Shown in pieces: positions 1 through 10,193 of a stretch of DNA of 64,000 nt; position 1 is the first letter of the stretch, and every line of letters begins with the position of its first letter. The translations under genes were made by a program, and so were the position numbers. The notes beneath the pieces are model-generated. The model was not told where the DNA came from, ran no database searches, and saw only the letters and a list, made by a program, of their open reading frames with translations. Source of the DNA: Carpediemonas membranifera BICM (lineage: Eukaryota > Protista > Fornicata); contig JAHDYR010000025.1 in assembly GCA_019828565.1 (NCBI GenBank), forward strand, positions 744,001 to 808,000, written 5' to 3'.

Positions 1-2805
1 CCGTAGCTTGGCGAGCATCGACTCGAGCTGAGTCTGCCGGGATGAGGTCTCCTCTAGTTCCTGAGTAAGACCGTCAATCGTCTTCTGCCGATCACCCACA
101 GCCTTCTTGGCCGCCTCCAGCTCGGCCTTGCTCTTGTCCAGGTCGACCTTGAATGTCTCAGCCTCCTCAATGGCGGTGATGGTCGCGTCACTCACCGCTA
201 GTCGAGTTGGCGGGGGGAGGGCCATAACAGCGATCTTGCTGAGTTCATCAACTGTTACTGGCACCGTTTCGATGAGCTTTCCGCTATATGACTCCATAAG
301 GGAGTCGACATCGCATGGCTCGACCATCGTCACGCGAAGGGGCTTGCGGACAAGTTCGAGCACCTCACTGATCAGACCCTCGTCTATTGCCCCAGCCCGG
401 GGCGTGACTGTGCCGACTCGCAGACCACGCAACTCCCGGACATACTCGGCGGCCTTTGTCTGCTGGAGCTCGCGGATGATCTGACTCCTGCCGGCTATGG
501 CTGTGATGAGGAGGGAGATGGCTGATGTGAGTACGCCGGCCTGGACCTCGAGGCGGTGGGCCTTTTTGGGCCCCGTCTTAGGCTCGATCAGGGCCCGGAG
601 CTTGGCCGCGGCGGCAATGGCGTCCTCGTCATCGGCTACTGATTGAAGGAGCCGCCCGATGAGTCCGCGGCCGATTGAAGTCGTCAGGGCAGCCCAGAAG
701 CTGCGGTAGACTGCGAACAGGGCGCCTACTCTCTCGAGGGAGCCGATGCGTCCGTTCTTGCGAACCACCTCGTCCTCAAGCTCGGTGACAGTCTTATTGA
801 GTAATTCAACGGTCTCTGTGAGCTGTGTGGCCTGCTCCTCCACCCTGGCGACGTGGTCGACGTGCGCCTCTGCCTCCCGACGCAGCCGCTCCGTCTCCTC
901 CGTGTGCTCACTCAGGCGCCGCTCGAGAGTCTTCACGTGCTCCTGAGAAGCTGCAAGGTCGCCCGTGAGCTCCGCGATCTCATCCGCCGCCTCTTCTTGT
1001 GCGGCCAGCTGTCTCAACGAGGCAGCGCTGTCAGCCCTGCTTGCCCCGCGGGGTGACACCACAATGCTGTTCCTCCTGCTGTTCGAGTGGTATTTGAGGG
1101 GCGACGACTTGGCCGACTTGGACGGGCTCGACTGCAGCTCCAGCGTGGGGGTTGGGGGTCTCGGCTCGGGCTCGTCCTCGTCGTCCGAGACCCTGAGCAG
1201 GGTCGGGTCAACCCCGTTCTGGTGGGCTGCGTGCAGGGCATGGTCGAGGGCCAGTTTGCTCTTCGTTGCGGTAGTCTGGAGGTGTTCGGACATCTTCTCA
1301 GCATCGGCTGCCCGCCGTTTCGCCTTCACGAGCTGCTCTTTCAGGGCGGAGTTCTCCTTCCTGAGCGCTTCTACCAAGGACCGCAGCCCGTCGCTGCTCC
1401 TGTTGGCCTCCGACAGCATCTCCCGGCCGTATTGGACCTCACTCTCGAGCTGCTGACACCGCCGCTTCAAGGCGGCCTCCCTGTCTCTCAGTGAGCCCAC
1501 CTCCGTCCTGTGCTTCTCACTGAGCGCCTGGAGGGTCCGTTCCAGCTCCTCAACTCGGGCCTTGTAGTCGTCAGCGGTGACGAGCACCTCGTTGACAACG
1601 GGGGCAACACGGACCTCCTTGGTCTTCATGCCAAACTTCAAGGAGTTCTGGGTCTCGGAGAGAAATCCCGAGGTGGCGTGGACGTTCACTATGAGCGAGT
1701 TTCGTCCGTTGCTCCCGAGGACGCTCTCGAGATGGGTAGTCAGGCGGTGGTTGCGCCAGACCACCTTTTCACCGTTACCGAGAGCTCTGATGGCCTGTCC
1801 AAGGTACAACAGGCTCTCATTGATGCTCCGTGCCTCAGCTTTCCTGATATTCGAGGCGGCAGTCTGGGCGGCAAGGGACTCGGACCCCGCAAGGTCGACG
1901 AACTTCAGCTCCGACTGTGTGGTGCGACCGTCGACCTTCACCGTGAGAAAGATGGTGAGAATCACATGAGATCTGGACGATCGGGCGTTTTTCTCTGTCT
2001 CGCCGACAGCGCGGTACTTGTGTCCCATTTGAATGAGCCCGAGGACGTCTTTGGCATTTGCGACCTCGGGGCAATACAGCTGGTCGAGCTCTGACTCCTT
2101 AATCTGGGCGAAAGTCTCGGCCTCGCCTCTGCGGGGCGTAGTATTCGGCCGTAAAAGGTCATACATGTCATCCAAGTAAATTTGAGTGTATGTCATGGTG
2201 ACAGTGTGGTCGACGGTCGACCCGGCCTCCTTCGCGTTCGTCTCCCGCTCGTAGATCTCCTCGAAGAGATAGTTGACTGCCCTCGGGATGAGGCCGAGCA
2301 GCTCGGGATTGTTGTCACCCGTGAGGGCTGGATCGCAAAGCGTGTATGTTTTCCCACTGCCAGTCTGACCGTAGGCCATGAGGCAGCCGTTGAGCCCGTC
2401 TAGGAGGTCGACAACGAGGTCCTTGCCGATGGATTGAAAGACGGTTTCCTGCCCTGAATCGACGTCAAAGACGAAGTCGAAGGGGCCTAGCTTCTTGTCG
2501 TGGGGGAGGATGATGCACTTGTCCTCCACTTTGATCTCGGACTTGCTCCCGTCGCTGGGGGGCCTGATTCTCGGGGCTACTAGGACTCGGCTGTACTGCT
2601 CGCCGTCTCTGGAGGTCAGCGAAAGATCAAAGTCGCTGAGACGAGGCGTATTACGAAGCATGATCCGCTTGGTCGATGCTGCGGAGTGACGGGACGAGCT
2701 CGTGTGAAGATGGCTCTTCGCAGGAGATTGTGTGGCTGTAGAGGGCCGCGATGATCGTGGAGACGAATGCTGTAGCCTCTGATTCAAAAAGTTTCGTTTG
2801 TTCAT
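1..2805 (-). CDS. Kinesin motor protein with C-terminal coiled coil (3'-partial, runs off window)
   Basis: Absent from the ORF track because there is no stop inside the window. Manual translation from ATG 2805 gives RVLVAPRIRP, LMAYGQTGSGKTYTL (P-loop, ~2370), YTQIYLDDMYDLL, RSSRSHVI and FVDLAGSE, then coiled-coil-like sequence. Confidence 0.9.
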   Translation of the reverse strand, partial: MNKRNFLNQRLQHSSPRSSRPSTATQSPAKSHLHTSSSRHSAASTKRIMLRNTPRLSDFDLSLTSRDGEQYSRVLVAPRIRPPSDGSKSEIKVEDKCIILPHDKKLGPFDFVFDVDSGQETVFQSIGKDLVVDLLDGLNGCLMAYGQTGSGKTYTLCDPALTGDNNPELLGLIPRAVNYLFEEIYERETNAKEAGSTVDHTVTMTYTQIYLDDMYDLLRPNTTPRRGEAETFAQIKESELDQLYCPEVANAKDVLGLIQMGHKYRAVGETEKNARSSRSHVILTIFLTVKVDGRTTQSELKFVDLAGSESLAAQTAASNIRKAEARSINESLLYLGQAIRALGNGEKVVWRNHRLTTHLESVLGSNGRNSLIVNVHATSGFLSETQNSLKFGMKTKEVRVAPVVNEVLVTADDYKARVEELERTLQALSEKHRTEVGSLRDREAALKRRCQQLESEVQYGREMLSEANRSSDGLRSLVEALRKENSALKEQLVKAKRRAADAEKMSEHLQTTATKSKLALDHALHAAHQNGVDPTLLRVSDDEDEPEPRPPTPTLELQSSPSKSAKSSPLKYHSNSRRNSIVVSPRGASRADSAASLRQLAAQEEAADEIAELTGDLAASQEHVKTLERRLSEHTEETERLRREAEAHVDHVARVEEQATQLTETVELLNKTVTELEDEVVRKNGRIGSLERVGALFAVYRSFWAALTTSIGRGLIGRLLQSVADDEDAIAAAAKLRALIEPKTGPKKAHRLEVQAGVLTSAISLLITAIAGRSQIIRELQQTKAAEYVRELRGLRVGTVTPRAGAIDEGLISEVLELVRKPLRVTMVEPCDVDSLMESYSGKLIETVPVTVDELSKIAVMALPPPTRLAVSDATITAIEEAETFKVDLDKSKAELEAAKKAVGDRQKTIDGLTQELEETSSRQTQLESMLAKLR

Positions 2806-3066
2806 GGTGTTCAGCGTCACGGGACCGATGATTGGTCCGTTCCAAAGAGCAACCGAGCGTGCTGTCCTTAAAGTGCGAATTCCCAGTCGACCATCGGGCC
2901 TTCGTACTTGGGCCTTCGTACGCCCGATCTAAGCCCATGCTATCATTTAAACATTCCTTTCCACCCGATATCCACCGCCGGTTGACCCATCATTTCGCTA
3001 TCACGACTAAACGCAGACTTTATACGTACGTACGTCCAGCATTATGGCCGTACAGCTTATGTTACA

Positions 3067-4680
3067 CTACTCCCGATCAATATCATACTTTGTCATCTTC
3101 AGCCGCTTCACGATGAGCTGCAGCTGTCTTTTGAACTTAGCGCCATCCTTGGGCAACTCGCAAAGCTCATACATCTGACTCGTCAGCTCGGAGAGGTTCT
3201 TAATGAGCCCGTGCAGCCCCGTCACGCCCAGTCTCTGCTCCCTTCTGAGCAGGTCGACCTGATCCTCCAGCAAGCGGGCTGCAAATGTGTCCTGCGCGGT
3301 CATCGCGGCCTCCGCGATCTTGCTCAGGGCCGCCGCGGTCTTCTTCTTACTCACGGCGTGCACCACCATGTCAACAGCAGGCGCAGCACGTACCGGTGCC
3401 GATCTCTTGCCCACTAGGTTCGCTGTAATTGTTGAGAGCACCGCCTTTTCCAGGTGGTAGATGTCCTTGTACGACACGGCGACGTCAGACACCTTAACCA
3501 CGCCCGAGTCCGGCCTGTCAGGGTTTGGCACGTCGTCAGGCTCGAGTCCAGTCCATGAAAGCCGAATGACGACGTCCCTCGCATGACCACTGTGGACGTC
3601 GCCGACATACACCTTGACCCTGTTGAGGTTACCCTGCTGGCGCTGGAAGTAGAGTCCGAATACGTCATCGATGTCCACCCCACGCTTCGGGTTGATGTCG
3701 ATGGTGAGATCCCGGGCAACAAGCCGACTGATCGAGAGGAGCTCGTCGTCGATGGCGCTGCGAATATCCGCCGCAGACTCGATAAACCTGAACGCACCCC
3801 CGCCGGCCTCTGCAATCTCGAGGAGAAGGTCCTCGTTGAAATCGTAGCCGACACCGAAGGCGCAGACTCTGATGCCGAGGTCCTTGAGGGCGCCCGCCTT
3901 GGCGACGACGCCCTCTTCATTCTGGGGCCGACCGTCCGATAGGATCAGGATATACGTGTTGCGGTCGCCGTCAAACTCCTTCATGGTCGCCTGGCCGGCG
4001 ACTTCAAGGCCGTCGAGGAGGTTGGTTGACCCGTGGGCCGTAAGTTCCTTGACTTTCATAGCAGCACGTCGGGCCTCGTCGCCCTTGTGCGTTGTGGAGC
4101 AGAGCACCTCGCTCGTGGACGCGAACGTAACGATTCGGAGCGTGTCCTTCTCGTCTAAACCTTTGAGGAGCGCGAGGGCGGTACGTTTGGCGTACTCGAG
4201 CTTGTTATCCTCGTTCATGGACGTCGAAGTGTCAAGCAGCAGCGTGAGATCAAGGGGGATCTTCGGGATGCTCTCTGGATCGACTATTCCAGAAAGACTG
4301 ATCGTAGCAAACGTCTCGACCTGCTCCCCGGCCACAAACTCGGTTTGCTGCAGCCGGGTGGTCACCTCGACGTCGTCGGTGAATGACCGGGGAGTAATCT
4401 CGAAGCTCTCGTTGTACCGAATGAATTCTCGGTCGGTGGGTGTCGATACCGATTGTAAGGGAGACGAAGAGTGCACTGAATGCACGCTGTTGTTCCGTTG
4501 TCGCCCAGTAGCTAGTTGGTTTCTCAGATTCAGCGGAACAGCTCGGCTAGAGATCGTGCGGGGCGATGCGCGCTTCTCCTGTCGTGAACGAGGCGATTCA
4601 AGCGCCTTGTGGGAATGTTGGAATGTTGGAAGGTTCGGTACACGTTGTGATGGTTTCGGGGTTCGGGGTGCTTGCGACAT
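3067..4680 (-). CDS. von Willebrand factor A domain protein
   Basis: 537-aa ORF with MIDAS motif LLLDTSTSM, TAHGSTNL, ILILSDGRP and AFGVGYDFNEDLLLEIAEAGGG. Confidence 0.85.
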   Translation of the reverse strand: MSQAPRTPKPSQRVPNLPTFQHSHKALESPRSRQEKRASPRTISSRAVPLNLRNQLATGRQRNNSVHSVHSSSPLQSVSTPTDREFIRYNESFEITPRSFTDDVEVTTRLQQTEFVAGEQVETFATISLSGIVDPESIPKIPLDLTLLLDTSTSMNEDNKLEYAKRTALALLKGLDEKDTLRIVTFASTSEVLCSTTHKGDEARRAAMKVKELTAHGSTNLLDGLEVAGQATMKEFDGDRNTYILILSDGRPQNEEGVVAKAGALKDLGIRVCAFGVGYDFNEDLLLEIAEAGGGAFRFIESAADIRSAIDDELLSISRLVARDLTIDINPKRGVDIDDVFGLYFQRQQGNLNRVKVYVGDVHSGHARDVVIRLSWTGLEPDDVPNPDRPDSGVVKVSDVAVSYKDIYHLEKAVLSTITANLVGKRSAPVRAAPAVDMVVHAVSKKKTAAALSKIAEAAMTAQDTFAARLLEDQVDLLRREQRLGVTGLHGLIKNLSELTSQMYELCELPKDGAKFKRQLQLIVKRLKMTKYDIDRE

Positions 4681-4782
4681 GATGCAACGATGGTCGCTGC
4701 CGCGAAGCAGATCTCTCGAGGGTGCAGATTAACGTTGATCGTATTGTGGTATTTAGAGGGTTTGTGGAGGATTCATGTAAAG

Positions 4783-5852
4783 GTGACTTAGGCTGTCGAC
4801 CCCCCTGGGATGAACTCCAGAGGACTGAACAGGTTCAGTCTGACGGCCCACCTGTCGTACACCAGAAGGGTAGCGGACATGAGGGCGTCGGCGATTTTTA
4901 GACTGAACAATTCTAATCCTGCGCAGCACACTACCTCCACTCACCCACTTCAGCCCTCGTCTGTACCATCGGGCTTTCGTGCTTGGTCTGCACGAAAAGA
5001 TGCGTCGTCTGTCGTCCATCGTCTGTGTCGAACGCTGCTGTCTTCTTTCGCGTCTGTGCTCGTCTGTTACGCGCTCATCTGTCGTCAATTGCCGGCGTCT
5101 GAAGCTCGTCGGTCGCTGGGCGGCTACACGATCCGCCACCCAGACGGGCAGAGTGTATCTGGCGTACTCGCTAAGTGTGGCTACACTGCCACCCCCTCTT
5201 TCCGCGTGAATATGAGCGCAGCATCGTTCAAAACGACAAGTCTAGAGGCTCTCAAACAGTCGATTAGGTTTGTCCATGAGAACATCGTTCCGATCATCAA
5301 CGAGGGGACGAGAAAGTGTTTCCGCCGTGCGAGTTTTGCCAATCACTGTCTGCGCCTGAAGCACTTCGCCCGGGCTGGACGGCAACTCCTGGACGATCTC
5401 GGCGGGCGCCCCCGGAGCCCATTCATCTCGAAGTCGCGTATGGGGCTGCACTGTTCGGTTCCGCCGGCACTCCCTCCTGTGCTCCGTACCGCCACTTTGC
5501 TCGAGCACTTCCTGGCATCATGCTCCAGCACAACGTCGTCGTGAGTGTCACGATGGTCTCCGAATTCCGCACTTCCATCGTGTGCCCATACTGCAAAGCA
5601 CACTTCAGACGTGTGGTGCACACACGCCGCACCATGCTCTGCCAGAATCCCGCGTGCGAGAGAGCTCCATGGCGCGTTGAACGGCTACGTCGGCATCCCG
5701 AGCAGAGAGACATACTTCTCAATCTCTCTCACCGAGATAAGAGCGCCAGCGAGAACATCCTTTGGTGCACCTTCGATGCAACTTCAGATCAGATAGAGCA
5801 ATCTCCTTTCCACTACGACTCCCAGAGAGGTGCTCTTCCTCGCTATCATTAA
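4783..5852 (+). mobile_element. Fanzor (TnpB-related RuvC endonuclease) relic; N-terminally truncated and frameshifted
   Basis: RuvC-I-like V-T-*-AVDPPG (Asp at 4798); helical region SFKTTSLEALKQSIRF...FRRASFANH; frameshift near 5409-5413 into EVAYGAALFG...APYRHFARAL; RuvC-II VSEFRTS (Glu at 5562); zinc finger CPYC...CQNPAC; RuvC-III HRDKSASENI (Asp at 5736). Confidence 0.8.
4896..4931 (+). repeat. 36-nt direct repeat, copy 1 (partner 5962-5997)
   Basis: ttttAgactGaacaattctaatcctgcgcagcacac versus ttttGgactCaacaattctaatcctgcgcagcacac: 34/36 identical. Confidence 0.9.
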
Positions 5853-5961
5853 CTTGCTAAGTTGAGCAAACTCGCGCTGCAGCGCGCGTGATATGCTGCG
5901 CATGATTGATAGAGTATGATGAACCACACTGCGATCCTGATGCTGCTTGGATCACTGTGTG

Positions 5962-5997
5962 TTTTGGACTCAACAATTCTAATCCTGCGCAGCACAC
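5962..5997 (+). repeat. 36-nt direct repeat, copy 2, downstream of the Fanzor stop
   Basis: 34/36 identical to 4896-4931. Confidence 0.9.
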
Positions 5998-6194
5998 GTA
6001 TATTTTCCTGCGCTTCTCGCGTATATGATCTCAATCAGACCGTCCAACACACTGCATACCACAGCCTGATACGCAGACTGTCCGCACAGAATAAGTATTA
6101 TCCGATCCAACTCTAATCGTCGCGACGATCGAAAATAAACGCTCCATTTCGACCCCACCGTGCAACTCATCATCAGCAACACGTCGAGTCAACT

Positions 6195-6875
6195 TTATTT
6201 CTCCTTCTCCATGCAGATCACGACTGTTCCCGGGGCATCCAACAACGGGACGGCGGGTGACCGGTCGACCTTGTACGCAGTGTCCAACACGCCGGCGTCC
6301 GTGAGGATGAATATGTGCTGCCCAGAGTGCTCGAGCGCGTGTAGTGAGAGCGTGATCCTTCTCGTAATGGCAAACACGTCAGTGTTCGTGTGAATCACGT
6401 CCAGCGTGTCCTCAGGCTCGTCATAAGGTGGGAACAGCGAGGCCGTGTGCCCGTCAGGCCCGATGCCCATCACCGTCACCCAGGCGTCCGAGTCCACGTT
6501 GTTGATGAGGTCGCGGATCTGGCTGTTGTACACTGACACGGATGCATTGAGCGGGACGTCGCAGTTGGGGCGGATGAAGTTCTCAGGGGGGATGGGGATG
6601 TGGCTTATGAGGGCCTCGATGATGGCACGTTGGTTGCTGTCCTTCTCAGAGGCAACGACGTAGCGCTCGTCGACGAGGAAGACTTTCACGCGCTTCCAAT
6701 CGATGTCCTTGTCCTCTGCGAGCTTCTCATACGCTGGGATTGGCGATCTGCCGCCGCTGAGGCCCAAAACGCAGATGCCGTAGTGCTGAACACGCTGCTT
6801 CACGTGGTCTGCAATAAGCTTTGCGCCCTTTGCTGCAAATGCTGAATGTTCTACATAGGAAACCTTCGCCTTCAT
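6195..6875 (-). CDS. PGL: 6-phosphogluconolactonase
   Basis: LGLSGGRSP, FLVDERYV..DSN, MGIGPDGHTASLFP and RRITLSL motifs. Confidence 0.93.
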   Translation of the reverse strand: MKAKVSYVEHSAFAAKGAKLIADHVKQRVQHYGICVLGLSGGRSPIPAYEKLAEDKDIDWKRVKVFLVDERYVVASEKDSNQRAIIEALISHIPIPPENFIRPNCDVPLNASVSVYNSQIRDLINNVDSDAWVTVMGIGPDGHTASLFPPYDEPEDTLDVIHTNTDVFAITRRITLSLHALEHSGQHIFILTDAGVLDTAYKVDRSPAVPLLDAPGTVVICMEKEK

Positions 6876-6955
6876 CTATTCTGTTTCTTCGTTCCAACTT
6901 CGACAAGTGTCATTCGCGGCAGTCCGAATAACTGCCACGAAATCAACAAGGGCAC

Positions 6956-7579
6956 TCAATCAGTGGTCGAGAATTGCAGCAAAGAGTCGTCTCTGCGACT
7001 GTCCAGGGCCGAGATGAGGCTTTCAGCGCAACTTTCAGCGTTGAAATTATCCTCGCGCCAGAATGTGTCGTTCAGCAGACAGCTCAGCTCCGAGCTGTTG
7101 AGAACGGGCCTTGACCCTCCAATGACGTCAGATATCATCTCAGACTCCCCTTGCCGCCGAGAAATGATCATGGCGTCATCCAGGTCCTGCGGAACGACCG
7201 GGGCAGGGCGTCGGAGCACGGTGGGCGGCGGAGTGGGTGACTTATCGAAGGATTTGGCCGTGGCACTGACCTCAGTCACGTCGGAACCGGCAGGGCCAAC
7301 TTCGGCAAGGATAGAATCGGCGCCAAGCATTTTTCGGGAGGGAGTTTTTGGGAGAAAGCCAGGAGATAGAGCGCCCTCTTCACCAGCATCGTCGCTATGG
7401 TTCAGATCAGCTACAACACTTGCAGTTAAGGAGCCTGGGGCCTCTGAGAAGAGATTGGACTCAAGATCGGCACGAGAGTCGATGGAGCTTTCGGAACAAG
7501 CACGGGAAAGCGTTACCGGGCTATTAAATGAACTCCACTTTGCTACATTCAAGGAATCCTCTTCTTGTGGTGCGCTCAT
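6956..7579 (-). CDS. Hypothetical low-complexity Ser/Pro-rich protein
   Basis: Open frame in the gap between 6PGL and H2A.Z on the same strand; start taken at MSAPQEED; no recognised domain. Confidence 0.5.
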   Translation of the reverse strand: MSAPQEEDSLNVAKWSSFNSPVTLSRACSESSIDSRADLESNLFSEAPGSLTASVVADLNHSDDAGEEGALSPGFLPKTPSRKMLGADSILAEVGPAGSDVTEVSATAKSFDKSPTPPPTVLRRPAPVVPQDLDDAMIISRRQGESEMISDVIGGSRPVLNSSELSCLLNDTFWREDNFNAESCAESLISALDSRRDDSLLQFSTTD

Positions 7580-7767
7580 AGTTCGTTTCTTGTGATTTTT
7601 GGATGATCCGAGTAATTCTGTTCGTTCGTTCGACTCGCGTCGGGTTACTCCCCCACGCATGCATGCCTGACCAACTCCCTCGTCCCTACCTGCCAGTCAT
7701 CATCCTCCTCTTCCAGTTTCCCCTCACATCTCTGCCTCCTCCCACTCCACCGCCTGCCATGTACAAT

Positions 7768-8248
7768 TTATCTACGCATACGATCGGTCCTGCCCATGAG
7801 TCCGCCCTCCATCTCCTCGTTCTTGCGGAGGAGCTTCTTGTGGATGTGGGGCACAACACCTCCACCGGCAATGGTGGCGCTGACGAGGCCGTCGAGCTCA
7901 TCATCCTGGCGGACGGCAAGCTGGATGTGGCGGGGGTTGATACGCTTGACCTTGAGATCGCGGGCAGTGTTACCAGCGAGCTCAAGAACCTCGGCGCAGA
8001 GGTATTCGAGAACGGCAGCAGTGAAGATGGCGGCGTTGCCAGCAACACGGCCGTGGAGGTTCACGCGGTCCTTCATCATACTGTGTAACGAAATGGTGGC
8101 TGAACGAGCAATCAGCCGAATACGAACCGGTGGATACGGCCAACAGGGAATTGGAGACCGGCACGGGCGGATCTGGACTATGTAACGGCATAGTAGGGAG
8201 ACATACCTTGTTCTTCTTCTTGATAGAGCCGTTAGGGGGACCAGACAT
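7768..8248 (-). CDS. H2A.Z: Histone H2A.Z, two introns (8178-8206, 8081-8127)
   Basis: Splicing gives [133 protein letters not shown] and HGRV are H2A.Z-type rather than canonical H2A. Confidence 0.92.
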
Positions 8249-8474
8249 TGTATTCTATGCTGCCGCCAAAATGTGTCAAAATTGCGCCAAAAATCAAATG
8301 ATTAACACCTGGCGACTGAAGTTTCCGCCACGAAGATCTTGATGGGCGGATGTAAGAGATGGCTCCGGCATGCCTGCCTTCCTCGTCACCATATGCGCCC
8401 AATTCTCAACCAACAATTCAGAGAAACAATTTTACAGAGAAATACCGTATGCAGGGTCAATGAACAACACAACC

Positions 8475-10193
8475 CTACAGCATCTTCCGCCCCGGCATCT
8501 TATTGAACGACGGGGTCGGTGGCGTGTGAGAGAACACCGTATTTGACCCAATCAAATCGGGTGGGAGGTTATACGTCAAGTCCGCCGTCCCCGCGCGGGT
8601 GTTACCCACTGTAGTGCGAGAGAAAGCGCGCCCGGACGCCCTTGAGAGGTCGGGCGTGTTGGTAGGCTGGACACGCCGGCCAGGCTGGGCCCTGGAGGCC
8701 GAGCGCACCGGCCGCTTCGTGGAGACCCTAACGGCGTCCTTAATCCGTGTCTTGCACATCTCAGCCTTCGCCCGGTTCACGCGGGCAGCCTCCTCGTTCG
8801 CCAGCTGCCTCTTGAAGTCCGGCGTTGCAAGGCTCGACCACATGTACTTCTCGGCCGTCCTAATGTCATAAGCTGCGGAGACCGACATCGGCTGCTGCAC
8901 CGCTTCGTGGCGATTATATGTACGATCCCCGGCCGACTTGTTAAACGTAAATGTCGTCGGCGGGGTGGCGTGTTGTGACGCATACGCCTTACCCTCGTCG
9001 AACTCGTGCTTCGGGGCAGACTCCTGCACCTTCCAGGGCTGGCGGGCGGACATGGATCTGAAGTCCGGGGTGACCAGTGGGGGGCTCGAGGTCGACGTCA
9101 CTTTCCTGTCGACCGCTGACATTGCGTTGGCCGCTACGAAGTCACGGAACTCTCCGCCGGTTTCTTTGACCACCTTACTGTCGTGCGAAGACATCTTCTC
9201 GAAATCCGGGACGGGGGAGGCAACCCTAAGAACGGCAGGGTCGACGTTGGCATACTGCCCACTCGACACCTCTTTCTCAGTAGCAGCTGACAGTCTGCCA
9301 CCGCTGACACTTCCGAACGAGTTCTGGTTACTAACGGAGTTCAGATCATTCAGCAAACGATGGTGATACCTCGACCTGTCAGGGGTCACAGAGGCCGAGC
9401 GGTTCCTCACCGCCTTGACCACGTGCGGCGAGAAAAATGCCCCTCCGCCGTCTGTGATAGTCGTTGGGTTGTACTGGCCGGGCCCCGTGCCCACTGACCC
9501 TGCCACACTGCGCCTGCCCGTCCTGGCGATGGATACTGTGGGGGACTTCATTCCGATGGCCTTGAGGCCGTCGTCTGCCTTGTCATAGACTAGGTCGTGG
9601 ATCTGTGAAGCGCCGCGGTCGACTGGGGTCCAATCTCTGGGGACCGTGGCAAAGCAGGGCGAGGGTAAGTCTTCGCGGGGACGGCGCATGGACATGGCGC
9701 TTGCTGAGCGGGGCGGGAGGGACGGTGGGGGGCTGCCTACGGGGCTCGGGGTTGAGCTCTCGTCGAATCTCGAAGCTGGAAGCTTCACAGATGAGGGGCG
9801 TTCAGTCATCCTGAGAAAGTCGGGTGTTGTACAATGCCGTGAGGGTTCACGGACCCTAATCCACCCCAGAGGAGGGGCGTCGGACTTCGTAGCCCATAGA
9901 TCCTTCCGGGGAGTGGCACGGAAGCACGAATTGGGCCGAGATGTTAGCGAACGGGTGAATGACTGGTCAAAGACGTCCTTTGGATGCGTGGGGAGCTTTG
10001 AATTGTACTTCTTCTTGCCTGTGTTGAATATAGCCTGGACATTAGGCGAAACTGGAGGAGATTTCACACGAGATTTCGAAGATGAGGCTGTTTGGGTCTT
10101 GGTAGGCGGTTTGTACTTGGCTACACCACCAGCAAGTAGATTTACCGGTGGAATCAGCTTGTCCACAGGTGTGAGAAGCTTGTTCCTCGCCAT
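8475..10193 (-). CDS. Basic repeat protein (PDF-x-x-M-x-x-R repeats, one GPGQY motif), possibly axonemal/cytoskeletal
   Basis: Long ORF with recurring TPDFLRM, VPDFEKM, TPDFRSM, TPDFKRQ, TPDLSRA and TPSFNKM. Confidence 0.65.
   Translation of the reverse strand: MARNKLLTPVDKLIPPVNLLAGGVAKYKPPTKTQTASSSKSRVKSPPVSPNVQAIFNTGKKKYNSKLPTHPKDVFDQSFTRSLTSRPNSCFRATPRKDLWATKSDAPPLGWIRVREPSRHCTTPDFLRMTERPSSVKLPASRFDESSTPSPVGSPPPSLPPRSASAMSMRRPREDLPSPCFATVPRDWTPVDRGASQIHDLVYDKADDGLKAIGMKSPTVSIARTGRRSVAGSVGTGPGQYNPTTITDGGGAFFSPHVVKAVRNRSASVTPDRSRYHHRLLNDLNSVSNQNSFGSVSGGRLSAATEKEVSSGQYANVDPAVLRVASPVPDFEKMSSHDSKVVKETGGEFRDFVAANAMSAVDRKVTSTSSPPLVTPDFRSMSARQPWKVQESAPKHEFDEGKAYASQHATPPTTFTFNKSAGDRTYNRHEAVQQPMSVSAAYDIRTAEKYMWSSLATPDFKRQLANEEAARVNRAKAEMCKTRIKDAVRVSTKRPVRSASRAQPGRRVQPTNTPDLSRASGRAFSRTTVGNTRAGTADLTYNLPPDLIGSNTVFSHTPPTPSFNKMPGRKML

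Noticed and set aside
3872-4732. Long antisense ORFs (also 6846-7595, 12219-12989, 38019-38492, 47654-48328 and many others)
   Set aside because: Shadow frames of real genes produced by GC-rich codon bias; no motifs of their own.
4896-5997. CRISPR array suggested by a 36-nt repeat near a RuvC nuclease
   Set aside because: Only two copies about 1 kb apart, no repeat-spacer periodicity, and a eukaryotic context.
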